The notes below the pieces were generated by a model. The model had not been told where the DNA came from. It searched no databases and saw only the letters and a list, made by a program, of their open reading frames with translations. Positions 8,429-18,759 of a stretch of 64,000 bases of DNA are shown here, piece by piece. The position numbers were made by a program, and so were the translations under genes. The DNA lies in the NCBI GenBank assembly GCA_052034235.1, contig JBPOIT010000005.1, forward strand, positions 177,698 to 241,697, given 5' to 3'. The stretch is from Candidatus Levyibacteriota bacterium. GTDB lineage: Bacteria > Patescibacteriota > Microgenomatia > Levybacterales > UBA12049. Numbering within the stretch: position 1 is the stretch's first letter; every line of letters starts with the position of its first letter.

Positions 8429-9667
8429 ATGAATAGATTTTCCCTTGGCCATCTCCTCGTTTTAGTCACCATGTGCGTTTTACTTTTTAACGCAGCGTAT
8501 CCAGCACTTGATGTAGGGCGTTATCAATGTTATGCAACAGCTTTCTGGCACGGAACAAATGTCTTGCAGACCTCAGAGTACAAACACTGCGGCTTTCTTT
8601 TAGAAAACCAAAAACCTGTTGGCCCATATCGAATACTGCCGCTAGAGTATCCACCACTTTCACTCATACCCTTTTCGCTTGGTTTGAGCTTTGACTCACT
8701 TGGATATGCAACGTCGTTTAAAATCTGGATGCTTCTTACTGCTGTTTCTCTATACCTGCTTTTGCTGCGTTATGGTACACAAGCCTCGGCAATTGTCTTT
8801 GCACTCTATTTAGTTGCTGGCAGTTGGGCTCTAACGAGTGCACGCTTTGATATTTTCCCCGCACTGCTCACCTTTGGAGCACTGCTCCTTGCTGAAAAAA
8901 AGAAATGGAACTGGGCGTATATTGTCTTAGGTGCGGCTGTTCTTGTGAAGTTCTATCCAATCGTTCTTCTTCCGTTCTTTTTTGTCGCGCAGCAAAAAAC
9001 TATCAAGGGCAAACTCCTCTCTCTGAAACGGATTGAACCACTTATGCTTTTTAGCATTTTATGTATTGTGGTGTTCGGCCTTTCTTATATGCTCAATCCA
9101 GCTGGAACACTTGAACCGCTTACCTACTTTCAACACAGACCAATCCAAATAGAATCTTTGTGGTCATCCATTTTGTGGATTATCCAACCATTGAGTAGTC
9201 CATTACATTACATCTTCAGTTTTGGTTCAATAAATATCCTTAGCCCTCTTTCAGAAGCGATAATACGCCTGAGTTCTATCCTAAGTAGCGCAGGCTTTCT
9301 CGTTATTATCTGGTTGCAAATACGAGGCAAAATTACGTTGGCATATGCATGTATGCTTATGCTTTTATTGACTATTCTTCTTGGCAAAGTTTTTAGCATT
9401 CAATATCTAATGTGGATTGTACCGTTTATAGCTTATGTCGGGAAAAACAATCCATGGCACTTTATTCCGTGGTATACAATTTGTGCTTTAAGCACATGGA
9501 TTTACCCATATATTTATCCAAGCCTCTTCTCAACCAATGAAGATTCATTATTTTTTAATGTACTTTCTTTCCGAAATGGTTTAATGGTTCTGTTTTTTCT
9601 CTTTTTACTCACCTTTGCTATTTTTAAAAAAACTCCTCACCCAATCCATCGCCAGTTAACAAAATGA
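8429..9667 (+). CDS. GT-C fold membrane glycosyltransferase (GT87/DUF2029-like)
   Basis: EYPP, RFD, KFYP and K.FS.QY..W motifs; polytopic membrane protein. Confidence 0.75.
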   Translation: MNRFSLGHLLVLVTMCVLLFNAAYPALDVGRYQCYATAFWHGTNVLQTSEYKHCGFLLENQKPVGPYRILPLEYPPLSLIPFSLGLSFDSLGYATSFKIWMLLTAVSLYLLLLRYGTQASAIVFALYLVAGSWALTSARFDIFPALLTFGALLLAEKKKWNWAYIVLGAAVLVKFYPIVLLPFFFVAQQKTIKGKLLSLKRIEPLMLFSILCIVVFGLSYMLNPAGTLEPLTYFQHRPIQIESLWSSILWIIQPLSSPLHYIFSFGSINILSPLSEAIIRLSSILSSAGFLVIIWLQIRGKITLAYACMLMLLLTILLGKVFSIQYLMWIVPFIAYVGKNNPWHFIPWYTICALSTWIYPYIYPSLFSTNEDSLFFNVLSFRNGLMVLFFLFLLTFAIFKKTPHPIHRQLTK

Positions 9668-10824
9668 AGCGATACATAAAGAAGCAATCCCAAAAATACA
9701 ACGCATAACATATAGTATTTCCACCCTGTTACCTTTGCTGCTAAAAAGATAAAAAGAGGAAAAGAGACTGATTGAAATCTCGAAAACGACATCGTGTCTT
9801 TTACAAGTAGTGGAAATACCCAAAGGAGTAGAGCAATCCACCAAAGCTGAGGATATTTTTTGAAATATTTTCGACAAGATATAATTAGCCCGCCGACAAG
9901 CACCATCATTGCTGTATCCACCTGAGATTCACGAGAATGATGAAAAGGTAGACTAAAGAATTTAAAAATCTGCTCGATGTTGTGATTAATTGCCGATGCC
10001 ATGGTATCTCCCTTGTACCAAACCGTTTGGATATGCTGCCAATAAAGCGGATCACCTGTTTGAAAATAACAAAAATAAAGCCAGCCCAGAAACGGCACGA
10101 AACTCAACGCAAAATAACCAATCGCTTGCCGCAATCCAATCCGCTTTTTATAAACAGCCAGGGCAAGTGTGAAAAAAAATATTCCTCCGATAATAAGTCC
10201 GTTAGGCCGACATACAAAAAGAAGAGCTGCTATGAGCGCTGAATAGAAAAATTTATGACGAATCATAAAATAACTCAACCAAACCAAAAGAAGTAAAAAG
10301 AGACTCTCCGTGTAGTAACTCCTATAGAAAATCCCAAATGGAAAAAGGAAAAGAAGAAATAAAGTTTTCGCAGCTAAGTGCCGCGTGAATAGCTTACTAA
10401 CAACATAATACAAACTTACAAAGTTCACTGCCAACAAAATGTTGCTTAGTATATATGCAGATAGTTCAACATTTCGAATCAGAACATTCAAGCCTGCTAT
10501 AAGCAGCGGATACAAGGGAAAAAACGCATATGTTAACGCGCCCATAAACCACGGACTCTGGTTAGCGTCAAATACTGCTTTTGTTGGATAGCCGTCATCT
10601 GCAATGCGCAAATACCACTGAGCATCCCACACACCAAGCGCCCGCAAAAATGAAAAATCACCACCTTGAATACGTGCATCAGGCAAATAATGATGAGAAT
10701 AATATTGGTAGGCAATATTATCAAACGGAACAGTTCTCTGTTGAAAGAACATATAACCAGTAAGAAAAAGTTGCAGCACGACAAAAATGGTAAACAAGCG
10801 TAGAAACACTTTGTCTTTAAACAT
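9637..10824 (-). CDS. GT-C fold mannosyltransferase (PIG-V-like)
   Basis: WDAQWYLRIA..GY, AFFPLYP, YTESLF and RPNG motifs. Confidence 0.8.
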   Translation of the reverse strand: MFKDKVFLRLFTIFVVLQLFLTGYMFFQQRTVPFDNIAYQYYSHHYLPDARIQGGDFSFLRALGVWDAQWYLRIADDGYPTKAVFDANQSPWFMGALTYAFFPLYPLLIAGLNVLIRNVELSAYILSNILLAVNFVSLYYVVSKLFTRHLAAKTLFLLFLFPFGIFYRSYYTESLFLLLLVWLSYFMIRHKFFYSALIAALLFVCRPNGLIIGGIFFFTLALAVYKKRIGLRQAIGYFALSFVPFLGWLYFCYFQTGDPLYWQHIQTVWYKGDTMASAINHNIEQIFKFFSLPFHHSRESQVDTAMMVLVGGLIISCRKYFKKYPQLWWIALLLWVFPLLVKDTMSFSRFQSVSFPLFIFLAAKVTGWKYYMLCVVFLGLLLYVSLHFVNWRWIG

Positions 10825-10904
10825 ATAAAAATTATATCGCTAATTACTCAGCAATGCGAGTTTGTAATTTTGAATTATGATACATATATCGTTATAATAA
10901 AATC

Positions 10905-12068
10905 ATGTTCGTAAAAAGTGTTGTATTATCGCTGTGTTTGTTTTTATTCCTCCTTATAACGCCTTTGGCACATGCTATTGAAAATCCGCTGGAGCGACCA
11001 AACAATAAAATGGGAATTCATATTTTATTTGATAGTGAATTACCTCAAGCTGCGAAATTTATTAATTCCTCAGGTGGAGATTGGGGGTACGCGATCATCC
11101 CAATTCAGGCTGGTGATAAAGATATTGTAAAATGGCAACAATTTATGGATTCAGCAAAACAGCAACGAGTTATCCCTATTCTTAGACTTGCTACTGAAGG
11201 TGACTACTTCAATACAAGTGTGTGGAGAAAACCAAAATACGAAGATGTTATTGATTTTGCGAATTTTCTCGATTCTCTTAATTGGCCAACCAAAAATCGC
11301 TATGTTGTTGTCTTTAATGAAGTTAATCGCGGTGACGAATGGGGAGGTTCTGCAAATCCTGCAGAATATGCTGAACTTTTGAGTTTTGCCGTGACAATTT
11401 TTAAATCCAAAAATCAGGACTTTTTTATCATTAATGCTGGACTTGATAACGCAGCACCTCGAGAAGGAACGAAATATATGAATCAATATGATTACATTCA
11501 AGCAATGAATGAAGCTGTCCCCGGTATTTTTAACCAAATTGACGGCTGGTCGAGTCATTCCTATCCCAATCCAGGATTTTCTCAAGCTCCTAATGCATTG
11601 AGCCGCATGGGTGTTGGGAGTTTTGCCCACGAGAAACAACTCGTTAAAACACTCAGTAGTAAAGATCTCCCGGTTTTTATTACTGAAACAGGCTGGACAA
11701 CTGACGTAGTCACTGATGAACTGATCGCAAAATATTATGTACAGACCTGGGACACGATTTGGTCAGATGCATCAATTGTTGCTGTAACACCGTTTCTACT
11801 CCAGGCAAACGGTGGACCATTTAAACAATTCACACTTATAAAAGATGATGGGAAATATACAAAGCAGTACGAGACTCTAAGAGCACTCCCCAAAAGACAA
11901 GGCTTTCCTTCACTCAATAAACAAAAAGTTCTTGCCGCCACAGCAACAAGTCTGGTTAACGTCCCTGCTGAAACGAAAGATTTTTCAACACCTGAGGTCA
12001 TTCCTGTCAAAAAATATCCATTGTCACTCACCGTCCAAAATGCCTTCAGATGGCTGATTGGGATATAA
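10905..12068 (+). CDS. Secreted clan GH-A glycoside hydrolase-like protein
   Basis: Signal peptide, acid/base FNEVN, HSY, nucleophile VFITETGW. Confidence 0.65.
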   Translation: MFVKSVVLSLCLFLFLLITPLAHAIENPLERPNNKMGIHILFDSELPQAAKFINSSGGDWGYAIIPIQAGDKDIVKWQQFMDSAKQQRVIPILRLATEGDYFNTSVWRKPKYEDVIDFANFLDSLNWPTKNRYVVVFNEVNRGDEWGGSANPAEYAELLSFAVTIFKSKNQDFFIINAGLDNAAPREGTKYMNQYDYIQAMNEAVPGIFNQIDGWSSHSYPNPGFSQAPNALSRMGVGSFAHEKQLVKTLSSKDLPVFITETGWTTDVVTDELIAKYYVQTWDTIWSDASIVAVTPFLLQANGGPFKQFTLIKDDGKYTKQYETLRALPKRQGFPSLNKQKVLAATATSLVNVPAETKDFSTPEVIPVKKYPLSLTVQNAFRWLIGI

Positions 12069-12079
12069 TCTGCATTACT

Positions 12080-12457
12080 ATGGAATGGGAAGAAGCTGAT
12101 GATGTTAAACAAGATTTAAAAGTTGTACTCACCTATATCGATTTACCTTACATTGATATCAATCGCATCCATTGTTACCGAACAACCGGCTCCAAAGTAC
12201 GAGCCTACGCCAGAACATGGGCATTCCCCAAAATTTTCCAACGGGCTCTGGACATTCAGCCAGCTTACGTCATAGAGGTGTTATCCAAACATTATGACAA
12301 ACTGGACAATGACGCTCAAAAAAAAGTCCTTATCCATGAGCTTCTCCACATACCCAAAAATTTTTCGGGTGCACTCCTGCCGCACAAAACAAAAAGTCGG
12401 AATTTACATTCTCTTGCCAATCAATTATTTAAGGAGTATAAAAAGAAAATATGTTAA
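12080..12457 (+). CDS. Small putative zinc metallopeptidase
   Basis: HELLH (HExxH) motif. Start placed at ATG 12080, just past the upstream stop. Confidence 0.6.
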   Translation: MEWEEADDVKQDLKVVLTYIDLPYIDINRIHCYRTTGSKVRAYARTWAFPKIFQRALDIQPAYVIEVLSKHYDKLDNDAQKKVLIHELLHIPKNFSGALLPHKTKSRNLHSLANQLFKEYKKKIC

Positions 12458-13143
12458 CAATTATCCATGGCACTGATATTGTCGCTTCCCGCAAATTTTT
12501 TCTCGACCAAAAACTTGGCCATCCAGAAGCACTCACACTTGATGCTGAAAGTGTCAATTTAACTGATCTTGCTCAAGTTGTTGAGGGTGGCGGTTTGTTT
12601 GGAGAGTCAAAATATATTTTTATTGAACAATTCTTAACGAAACGTAAAAAATCTGGGGACTATAAAGATATTATTACCTATCTTGATACACATGCTGAAG
12701 AACACACAATTTTTCTTTGGGAAAACAAAGAGCTAGATATCTCAACACAAAAAGCTTTTAAAAAAGCTGCGATCAGACCATTCAAACTGCCCCAAACGCT
12801 TTTCGCACTGCTTGATACTATCAAACCTGGCAATGGCAAAATACTTTTAAAACAATTCCATGAAACAATTGCATCAACAGAGGTCGAAATGGTATTTTTC
12901 ATGCTCATCAGACAATTCAGAATGCTCCTCGCACTTTCAAGTCCGGGGACTGAAAGTGAAATTGACGAAGTCAAAAAGCTTACATGGCAGCGATCAAAAA
13001 TGGAAAAACAAGCATCACTATTTGAAGCGGAACATTTACTAGATTTATACGCAATTCTTTTCGCAATTGAAAAAGGGCAAAAAACAGGCACACTTTCAGC
13101 ACCTTTAACTACCACAATTGACTTTTTTTTGTTGGAGATTTAA
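12451..13143 (+). CDS. holA: DNA polymerase III delta subunit-like (short HolA)
   Basis: IIHG N-terminus, GLFG and C-terminal IEKGQKTG helical pattern. Confidence 0.6.
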   Translation: MLTIIHGTDIVASRKFFLDQKLGHPEALTLDAESVNLTDLAQVVEGGGLFGESKYIFIEQFLTKRKKSGDYKDIITYLDTHAEEHTIFLWENKELDISTQKAFKKAAIRPFKLPQTLFALLDTIKPGNGKILLKQFHETIASTEVEMVFFMLIRQFRMLLALSSPGTESEIDEVKKLTWQRSKMEKQASLFEAEHLLDLYAILFAIEKGQKTGTLSAPLTTTIDFFLLEI

Positions 13144-13152
13144 AATGTATAA

Positions 13153-14541
13153 ATGAACGATATTGATCCTAAGATTTTCAAGGCATATGATATCAGGGCA
13201 ATTTATCCGGACCAGATGGACGAGACAAATATTGTTCATATTGTCCGCGCGTTTTACAAATTCTTCAAAACTCAAACTGAAAAAGAGCAACCTTCAATAG
13301 TCCTCGCATACGACATGCGTCTCTCCGGCCCCAAACTTTATGAAGCAGCCAAAAAGACACTCGTAGATATGGGAGCAAATGTGATCGAAGTAGGCCAACT
13401 CTCTACTCCATCTTTCTACTTTGCAGTTTTTAACTATAAATATGACTGTGGTATTCAGATTACAGCATCCCACAATCCAAAAGACTGGAATGGTATGAAA
13501 GCTGTCCGATACACACCAAAAGGTCTTATCAAGATAGGTAAACCAACAGGTATGGACGAAATCCAGAGATTGTCACTTGAAGGTGTTGACGAAACACCAG
13601 CGCAGCCTGGCTTTATTACACCAAAAGACGGCATCCTTGAGGATGAAGTTAATAAAACACTTGAGATTTTTAACAATCCTACACTTAAGAAGTTTAAGAT
13701 CGTAGCTGACCCAGCCAATGCCATGGGTGCGCAGTATATCCAAGCTTTATTTGATAAAATTCCAGCAGATCTTATCAAAATGAACTTTGAGCTCGACGGT
13801 AATTTCCCAGCTCACGAAGCAAATCCATTAAAGTTTGAAACCCTCGTTGATCTTCAGAAAAAAGTTATCGAAGAAGGTGCTGACTTTGGTCTCGCAACTG
13901 ACGGTGACGGAGATAGACTTTACTTTATCGACGAAAAAGGACAAGTAGTCAATGCAACCTCAATCACATCAATCGTGGCTCGTGAGATGCTCAAAACACA
14001 TCCAGGAGATCTAATTTATTTTGATATCCGGGACATTCTCTCTCCACAAAAAATTGTAGAAGAAGCAGGTGGACGTTCAGAGATTGTCAGAGTCGGTCAT
14101 GCATATATCACTGCTGCGATGAACAATTCAGGTGGTGTATTTGCAGGCGAATCATCAGGACACATGTTCTTCCGTGACATGGGTAATGCTGAAAATAATC
14201 TCCCAATTATTGTCTGCATCATGAAAGTGCTCACTGAAGAAGGCAAAACACTCTCAGAGCTCGTCCAGGAAATCAGAAGAGCTGAAGAATCTGGCGAAGT
14301 GAACTTTGAAGTTACTAATGCTCCTGAAATTCTTGAAGGGCTGAAGCAAAAATATAGTGACGGCACACTTGAGACCATGGATGGTGTTTCTATTTCCTAC
14401 CCTACATGGAGATTTAACGTCAGAACTTCAAACACTGAACCACTTATGCGTCTCAATGTTGAAGGTTACGACAAAGTCGAGATGCAAACAAAATTTGAAG
14501 AATTAAAGACATTTATTCAGAACTTAGCAAAAGCTGAGTAA
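13153..14541 (+). CDS. manB: Phosphomannomutase/phosphoglucomutase
   Basis: FKAYDIR, TASHNP, DGDGDR, GESSGH, RTSNTEP. Confidence 0.93.
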   Translation: MNDIDPKIFKAYDIRAIYPDQMDETNIVHIVRAFYKFFKTQTEKEQPSIVLAYDMRLSGPKLYEAAKKTLVDMGANVIEVGQLSTPSFYFAVFNYKYDCGIQITASHNPKDWNGMKAVRYTPKGLIKIGKPTGMDEIQRLSLEGVDETPAQPGFITPKDGILEDEVNKTLEIFNNPTLKKFKIVADPANAMGAQYIQALFDKIPADLIKMNFELDGNFPAHEANPLKFETLVDLQKKVIEEGADFGLATDGDGDRLYFIDEKGQVVNATSITSIVAREMLKTHPGDLIYFDIRDILSPQKIVEEAGGRSEIVRVGHAYITAAMNNSGGVFAGESSGHMFFRDMGNAENNLPIIVCIMKVLTEEGKTLSELVQEIRRAEESGEVNFEVTNAPEILEGLKQKYSDGTLETMDGVSISYPTWRFNVRTSNTEPLMRLNVEGYDKVEMQTKFEELKTFIQNLAKAE

Positions 14542-14546
14542 CCCCT

Positions 14547-15776
14547 ATGGCTGATCAATCACAACGGATCTTTCCAATCACTGGTAAAATTTTTTCCAGT
14601 CCTTACGATTGGGGTGGTAAAGAACTTATTCCACAAACGCTTGGCTTTACTCCTGAACCTGGTGTTCCTTATGCTGAATATTGGATCGGAGCACACAAAC
14701 GTGCACCATCAATGGTTGAATACTCAGATGGAACAAAATCGCTTGAAGAGATAATCGCCGGAAATCCTGAGGATATTTTAGGTTCAGAAGTAGCCAAGCG
14801 GTTTGGAGAACTTCCGTTTCTTTTTAAATTGTCCGAGGCCAAAAAAATGCTCTCAGTACAAGTACACCCAAATAAAAAACAAGCAGAAGAAGGTTTTGCA
14901 ATTGAGGAGAAATCAGGTATCCCTGCAACCGATTTGAAACGCACATTTAAAGATCCCAATTCTAAAACCGAAATGCCGCTCGCTCTGGGGGATTTTTGGC
15001 TCCTCCATGGACTAAGACCTGAAAGCGAAATGCTTGAAATTTTAAAAGAAACCAAAGAGTTAACGCCGCTTATTCCAATTTTTGGAAACAACGATTATCG
15101 AGCTCTTTATAAACATGTCCTAAGCGATATGTCCAAAGAGGAAGTGAATACGATGCTTTCCCCGCTTGCGATGAGAATTCGTAGACAATATGAAGATATT
15201 GAATTACAAAAAACTTCTCCTGACTATTGGGCTGCAAAGGCGATAAAGGATTTTAACATGCAAGAAGGAGACTATGACCGAGGATTATTCTCACTCTATT
15301 TCGCCAATATCGTTCATTTAAAAGCTGGTGATGCACTTTTCCAAAACGAAGGCGTTATTCATGCATTTCTCGAAGGACAATATATCGAAATCATGCAAAA
15401 TTCAGACAACATTGCCCGTGCTGGTATGACCAATAAACCGATTGATATTGAAGGGCTTATGAAATTTATGACATTCACCTCCCAAAAACCAAACATATTA
15501 GAAGGGAGAAAAGAGAATAATGAGATATTTTATGACGCGCCTGCTGATGAATTCCTCGTCAGTCAGCTTTTATTAAAAGACGGCATGCCCTACAAACAAA
15601 CCTCTTATTCTGTTGAAATACTCATGGGGATTACCGGCAACGCAACAATTACATCAGATGGAATATCACTTCCACTTGGACAAGGGAAAAGTATCGTTGT
15701 CTTCGCAGACGCGACCTACGAAATTACGGGCACAGAAACTGACGTTATCTTTAAAACAGCTGTTCCACACAAATGA
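14547..15776 (+). CDS. manA: Mannose-6-phosphate isomerase, class I
   Basis: YDWGG, AEYWIGAH, LSVQVHP, HAFLEG, EIMQNSDN..RAG. Confidence 0.9.
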   Translation: MADQSQRIFPITGKIFSSPYDWGGKELIPQTLGFTPEPGVPYAEYWIGAHKRAPSMVEYSDGTKSLEEIIAGNPEDILGSEVAKRFGELPFLFKLSEAKKMLSVQVHPNKKQAEEGFAIEEKSGIPATDLKRTFKDPNSKTEMPLALGDFWLLHGLRPESEMLEILKETKELTPLIPIFGNNDYRALYKHVLSDMSKEEVNTMLSPLAMRIRRQYEDIELQKTSPDYWAAKAIKDFNMQEGDYDRGLFSLYFANIVHLKAGDALFQNEGVIHAFLEGQYIEIMQNSDNIARAGMTNKPIDIEGLMKFMTFTSQKPNILEGRKENNEIFYDAPADEFLVSQLLLKDGMPYKQTSYSVEILMGITGNATITSDGISLPLGQGKSIVVFADATYEITGTETDVIFKTAVPHK

Positions 15777-16210
15777 ATGATTTAGCACACAATCAACCCT
15801 GCCCTCACTGTGGCAGATATAAAAATAGAGCAGTTACACTCGATGCAGTCATCATCAACGATAAAAACCAAGTACTACTCGTAAAACGAGGCAACGAACC
15901 GTATAAAGGGTTATGGGCGAATGCTGGTGGATATCTTGATCCAAACGAAACTGCAGAGCAAGGCATCATGCGTGAGGTCAAGGAAGAGACTGGTTTGGAC
16001 ACAGTATCAGTGACCTTTCTTAACGTCTACACCAATCCAAACAGACACCCTGATCAAGCCATCAGTGTCGCTTATGCCGTAAAGGTAACTGGAGAATTAA
16101 AAGCCGGCGACGACGCAGCTGATGCCGCTTGGTTTGCAATTGATAAACTTCCAACCCCACTAGCATTTGACCATGAAAGGATTATCCGTGACTATCTCAA
16201 ATCTAATTAA
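15773..16210 (+). CDS. NUDIX hydrolase (ADP-ribose pyrophosphatase-like)
   Basis: Nudix box GG.....E.......REVKEETGL; AGDDA and LAFDH. Confidence 0.9.
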   Translation: MNDLAHNQPCPHCGRYKNRAVTLDAVIINDKNQVLLVKRGNEPYKGLWANAGGYLDPNETAEQGIMREVKEETGLDTVSVTFLNVYTNPNRHPDQAISVAYAVKVTGELKAGDDAADAAWFAIDKLPTPLAFDHERIIRDYLKSN

Positions 16211-16227
16211 CATGCCATACTAAGATT

Positions 16228-16569
16228 ATGCTCGCGACACTCAAACCGACATCGCAAAAGATTTTGTTAACCATTGTAGCTCTAATAGCTCTGTATTTCT
16301 TGGTTATGTTTGATTTCAGTACCCTGCTTCCACTCAATCTCATAACTATGTGGCAAATATTAGTCATAGGTTCATGGCTTGACAATTTTATTAATCTAGA
16401 CATAACAGCTTTATTCCTAGTAGCAAGTTTTGTGTACTTCCTCGTTTATGCTTCCATAACCTATTTGTGTATCTGTATTCTTCTCAATTTGAAAATCAAA
16501 AAAGAAACTGTTACGACATTTAGTAAAGAAGTGGCGAGTGAATTAAGTAATATTATTAAACCAAAATAA
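16228..16569 (+). CDS. Hypothetical membrane protein
   Basis: Hydrophobic segments; TGcCATACT-N6-ATG promoter signature. Confidence 0.55.
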   Translation: MLATLKPTSQKILLTIVALIALYFLVMFDFSTLLPLNLITMWQILVIGSWLDNFINLDITALFLVASFVYFLVYASITYLCICILLNLKIKKETVTTFSKEVASELSNIIKPK

Positions 16570-16625
16570 TCATTGAAGTCCTTTCTAAAAGAGTGTAGAC
16601 TTAGGGAGATTATTACTCGTAATCT

Positions 16626-17663
16626 ATGATTGATTTAAATAACCGCGACGAAATTGCAAAACTTGACCCCAAAGATACTCTCGGGACTACTGAGAACATG
16701 CTTGAGCAATGCAGGGTTGCTTGGGATGAAGTAAGCAAGCTTGACCTCGCTCCAATCGAAAACGTTAAAAATATTGTCTTTTGCGGCATGGGTGCCTCTA
16801 TCTACGGTGCAATGGTCCTGAAAGCCATCATGGGCCGCAACATGCCCTATCCAATCGAACTTGTTAGTGATTACTTCCTCCCTGATTATGTAAATGAAGA
16901 ATCACTCGTCGTCCTCACAAGTTATTCAGGCAATACAGAAGAAGTCCTTTCCTGCGCCGAAGATGCCAAAGCTAAAAAAGCCAAAATGGTAGTAATCACC
17001 AAAGGCGGCGCACTTGCTGAATTTGCACAGGATAATAAAGTTCCGGCATACATTTTTGACGGTAAATATAATCCAGGTGACGTCCCAAGACTTGGCAATG
17101 GTTATTCAATTTTTGGACTTATCGGACTACTTAATAAAACTCGAGTTATTGATATCGAAGAGTTTGAAGTTACCCAGGCTCTAGAGCGATTTAAAGAGAA
17201 AAAAGATGAAATTCAGCAGCAAGCACAAGATATTGTCAGTTTGTTCGAAAACAAAATCCCAATCATCTTTGCCGCTGAACATCTTGCCGGCAATGCACAA
17301 ATCATCAGAAACCAGTTTAACGAAACGAGTAAAGCGTTTTCAAGTTATTTTCTGATTCCAGATCTTAACCATCATTTGATGGAAGGTCTCCAATTCCCAG
17401 CAGATGCGCCGCTGCAATTTTTGGTTTTTGATTCACCCAACTATTCAGAGAAAATCAGACAGCGTGTAGGGCTCACCATCGATGTTGTTAAACAAAACAA
17501 TTATCCGGTGGTTGAATTCATAACAAGCGGCCAAACAGAATATGATGACTTCCTAGAGGTCCTGTACTATGGCTGCTTCCTGACACTTTATCTCGGATTG
17601 ACATACAACCAAAATCCAGCTATTAATCCATGGGTTGATTGGTTCAAAGATAAACTTAAATAA
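16626..17663 (+). CDS. Bifunctional phosphoglucose/phosphomannose isomerase (SIS family)
   Basis: CGMGAS, SYSGNTEE, QFNETSK, NHH..EG. Confidence 0.85.
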   Translation: MIDLNNRDEIAKLDPKDTLGTTENMLEQCRVAWDEVSKLDLAPIENVKNIVFCGMGASIYGAMVLKAIMGRNMPYPIELVSDYFLPDYVNEESLVVLTSYSGNTEEVLSCAEDAKAKKAKMVVITKGGALAEFAQDNKVPAYIFDGKYNPGDVPRLGNGYSIFGLIGLLNKTRVIDIEEFEVTQALERFKEKKDEIQQQAQDIVSLFENKIPIIFAAEHLAGNAQIIRNQFNETSKAFSSYFLIPDLNHHLMEGLQFPADAPLQFLVFDSPNYSEKIRQRVGLTIDVVKQNNYPVVEFITSGQTEYDDFLEVLYYGCFLTLYLGLTYNQNPAINPWVDWFKDKLK

Positions 17664-18021
17664 GATATTCGCGGAGTTTTTCGACTAATTCCTGAGGGCC
17701 ATATTCTGACTTTATCAAATACGCATCCGAAAGCTTCAATCTATCATCGTTCATATCCGTAGGTTTCTGTTCATTAGTTAAAAACACAATCTTTTTTGCA
17801 GCTGGTGGTGTGAGTGAGCGGGCCTGGCGTAATACATCTATACCCATCAATTTGGGCAAGTTATCATCAACAAGCACCATATCCCAATTCCCACGTTTTA
17901 TCTTTTCAAGTCCCTCAGCTCCATCTACTGCAGATTCAACTTCAAACCCTGAGTCTTTAAAATAATCAGTATAAATATCCCGAAGAAACAAATCATCCTC
18001 AATAAGTAACAACCTCGTCAT
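17656..18021 (-). CDS. Single-domain response regulator (receiver only)
   Basis: IEDD, phospho-Asp in VLVDDNLP, LTN, LIKS. Confidence 0.88.
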   Translation of the reverse strand: MTRLLLIEDDLFLRDIYTDYFKDSGFEVESAVDGAEGLEKIKRGNWDMVLVDDNLPKLMGIDVLRQARSLTPPAAKKIVFLTNEQKPTDMNDDRLKLSDAYLIKSEYGPQELVEKLREYLI

Positions 18022-18067
18022 AATAATTTATTCTATCATAATTAGTAAAATTGGTTAAGTAATCAAT

Positions 18068-18092
18068 AAAAAAATCACCCGAGGGTGATTTT
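18068..18092 (-). terminator. Intrinsic terminator after pilin copy 1
   Basis: AAAATCACC-CTCG-GGTGATTTT followed by more T on the minus strand. Confidence 0.75.
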
Positions 18093-18114
18093 AAAAACTT
18101 TTATTTATTTATCT

Positions 18115-18582
18115 TTATCTCGTTACTGAAATTGTTTCTCCAAGTTCTGCTGCTGGGGCTGTGATTGTTATTCTACTATCGCCTGCTCCGACTGCTACTG
18201 TGTATCCAGTTACATATCCTGCTGGGCATGTTGATGCAATTGCTACTCCACCGTTTGTCAATGGATCTACTGGAAGTTGTGCGATATATTGGGTGACGAG
18301 TGCTCCACAGATATCTTGTGCTGCATCTGAAATTGCTCCTGATCCACCAGCTGCTGGCATTCCTGCTGGAAGTGCACCGTTATTGTCTGCTTGATATTGA
18401 CCTATTGCATTAAGGATAGCGTTTACGTCTGATGATCTCTTTGTGTTATTTGCTTGTGAGAATTGTCTTGCTGGATTGATAGCGATAAGGGTGATTGATA
18501 GGAGGATAGCTAAGATGCCGATAACGACTAGCAGTTCGATAAGTGTGAAACCTTTTTGTGATTTAAAATTTTGGACAGTCAT
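18115..18582 (-). CDS. pilA: Type IV major pilin, copy 1
   Basis: KG|FTLIELLVVI prepilin cleavage motif, Cys pair, PVDP. Confidence 0.9.
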   Translation of the reverse strand: MTVQNFKSQKGFTLIELLVVIGILAILLSITLIAINPARQFSQANNTKRSSDVNAILNAIGQYQADNNGALPAGMPAAGGSGAISDAAQDICGALVTQYIAQLPVDPLTNGGVAIASTCPAGYVTGYTVAVGAGDSRITITAPAAELGETISVTR

Positions 18583-18759
18583 GTTTTTTGTTGATCAATT
18601 TATTTATTGATCTGTATTAATATTTACAAACTGTAGAGTTATTGTCAATACACCAATTTTCGAAAAAAAGTCGAAAGATAATCAAGCGAATCGTGCCTAA
18701 GTATTCGATAATTGACAAAGACAAATATGTTTCTCATACTAAACAGTAAGAATTAGCTT

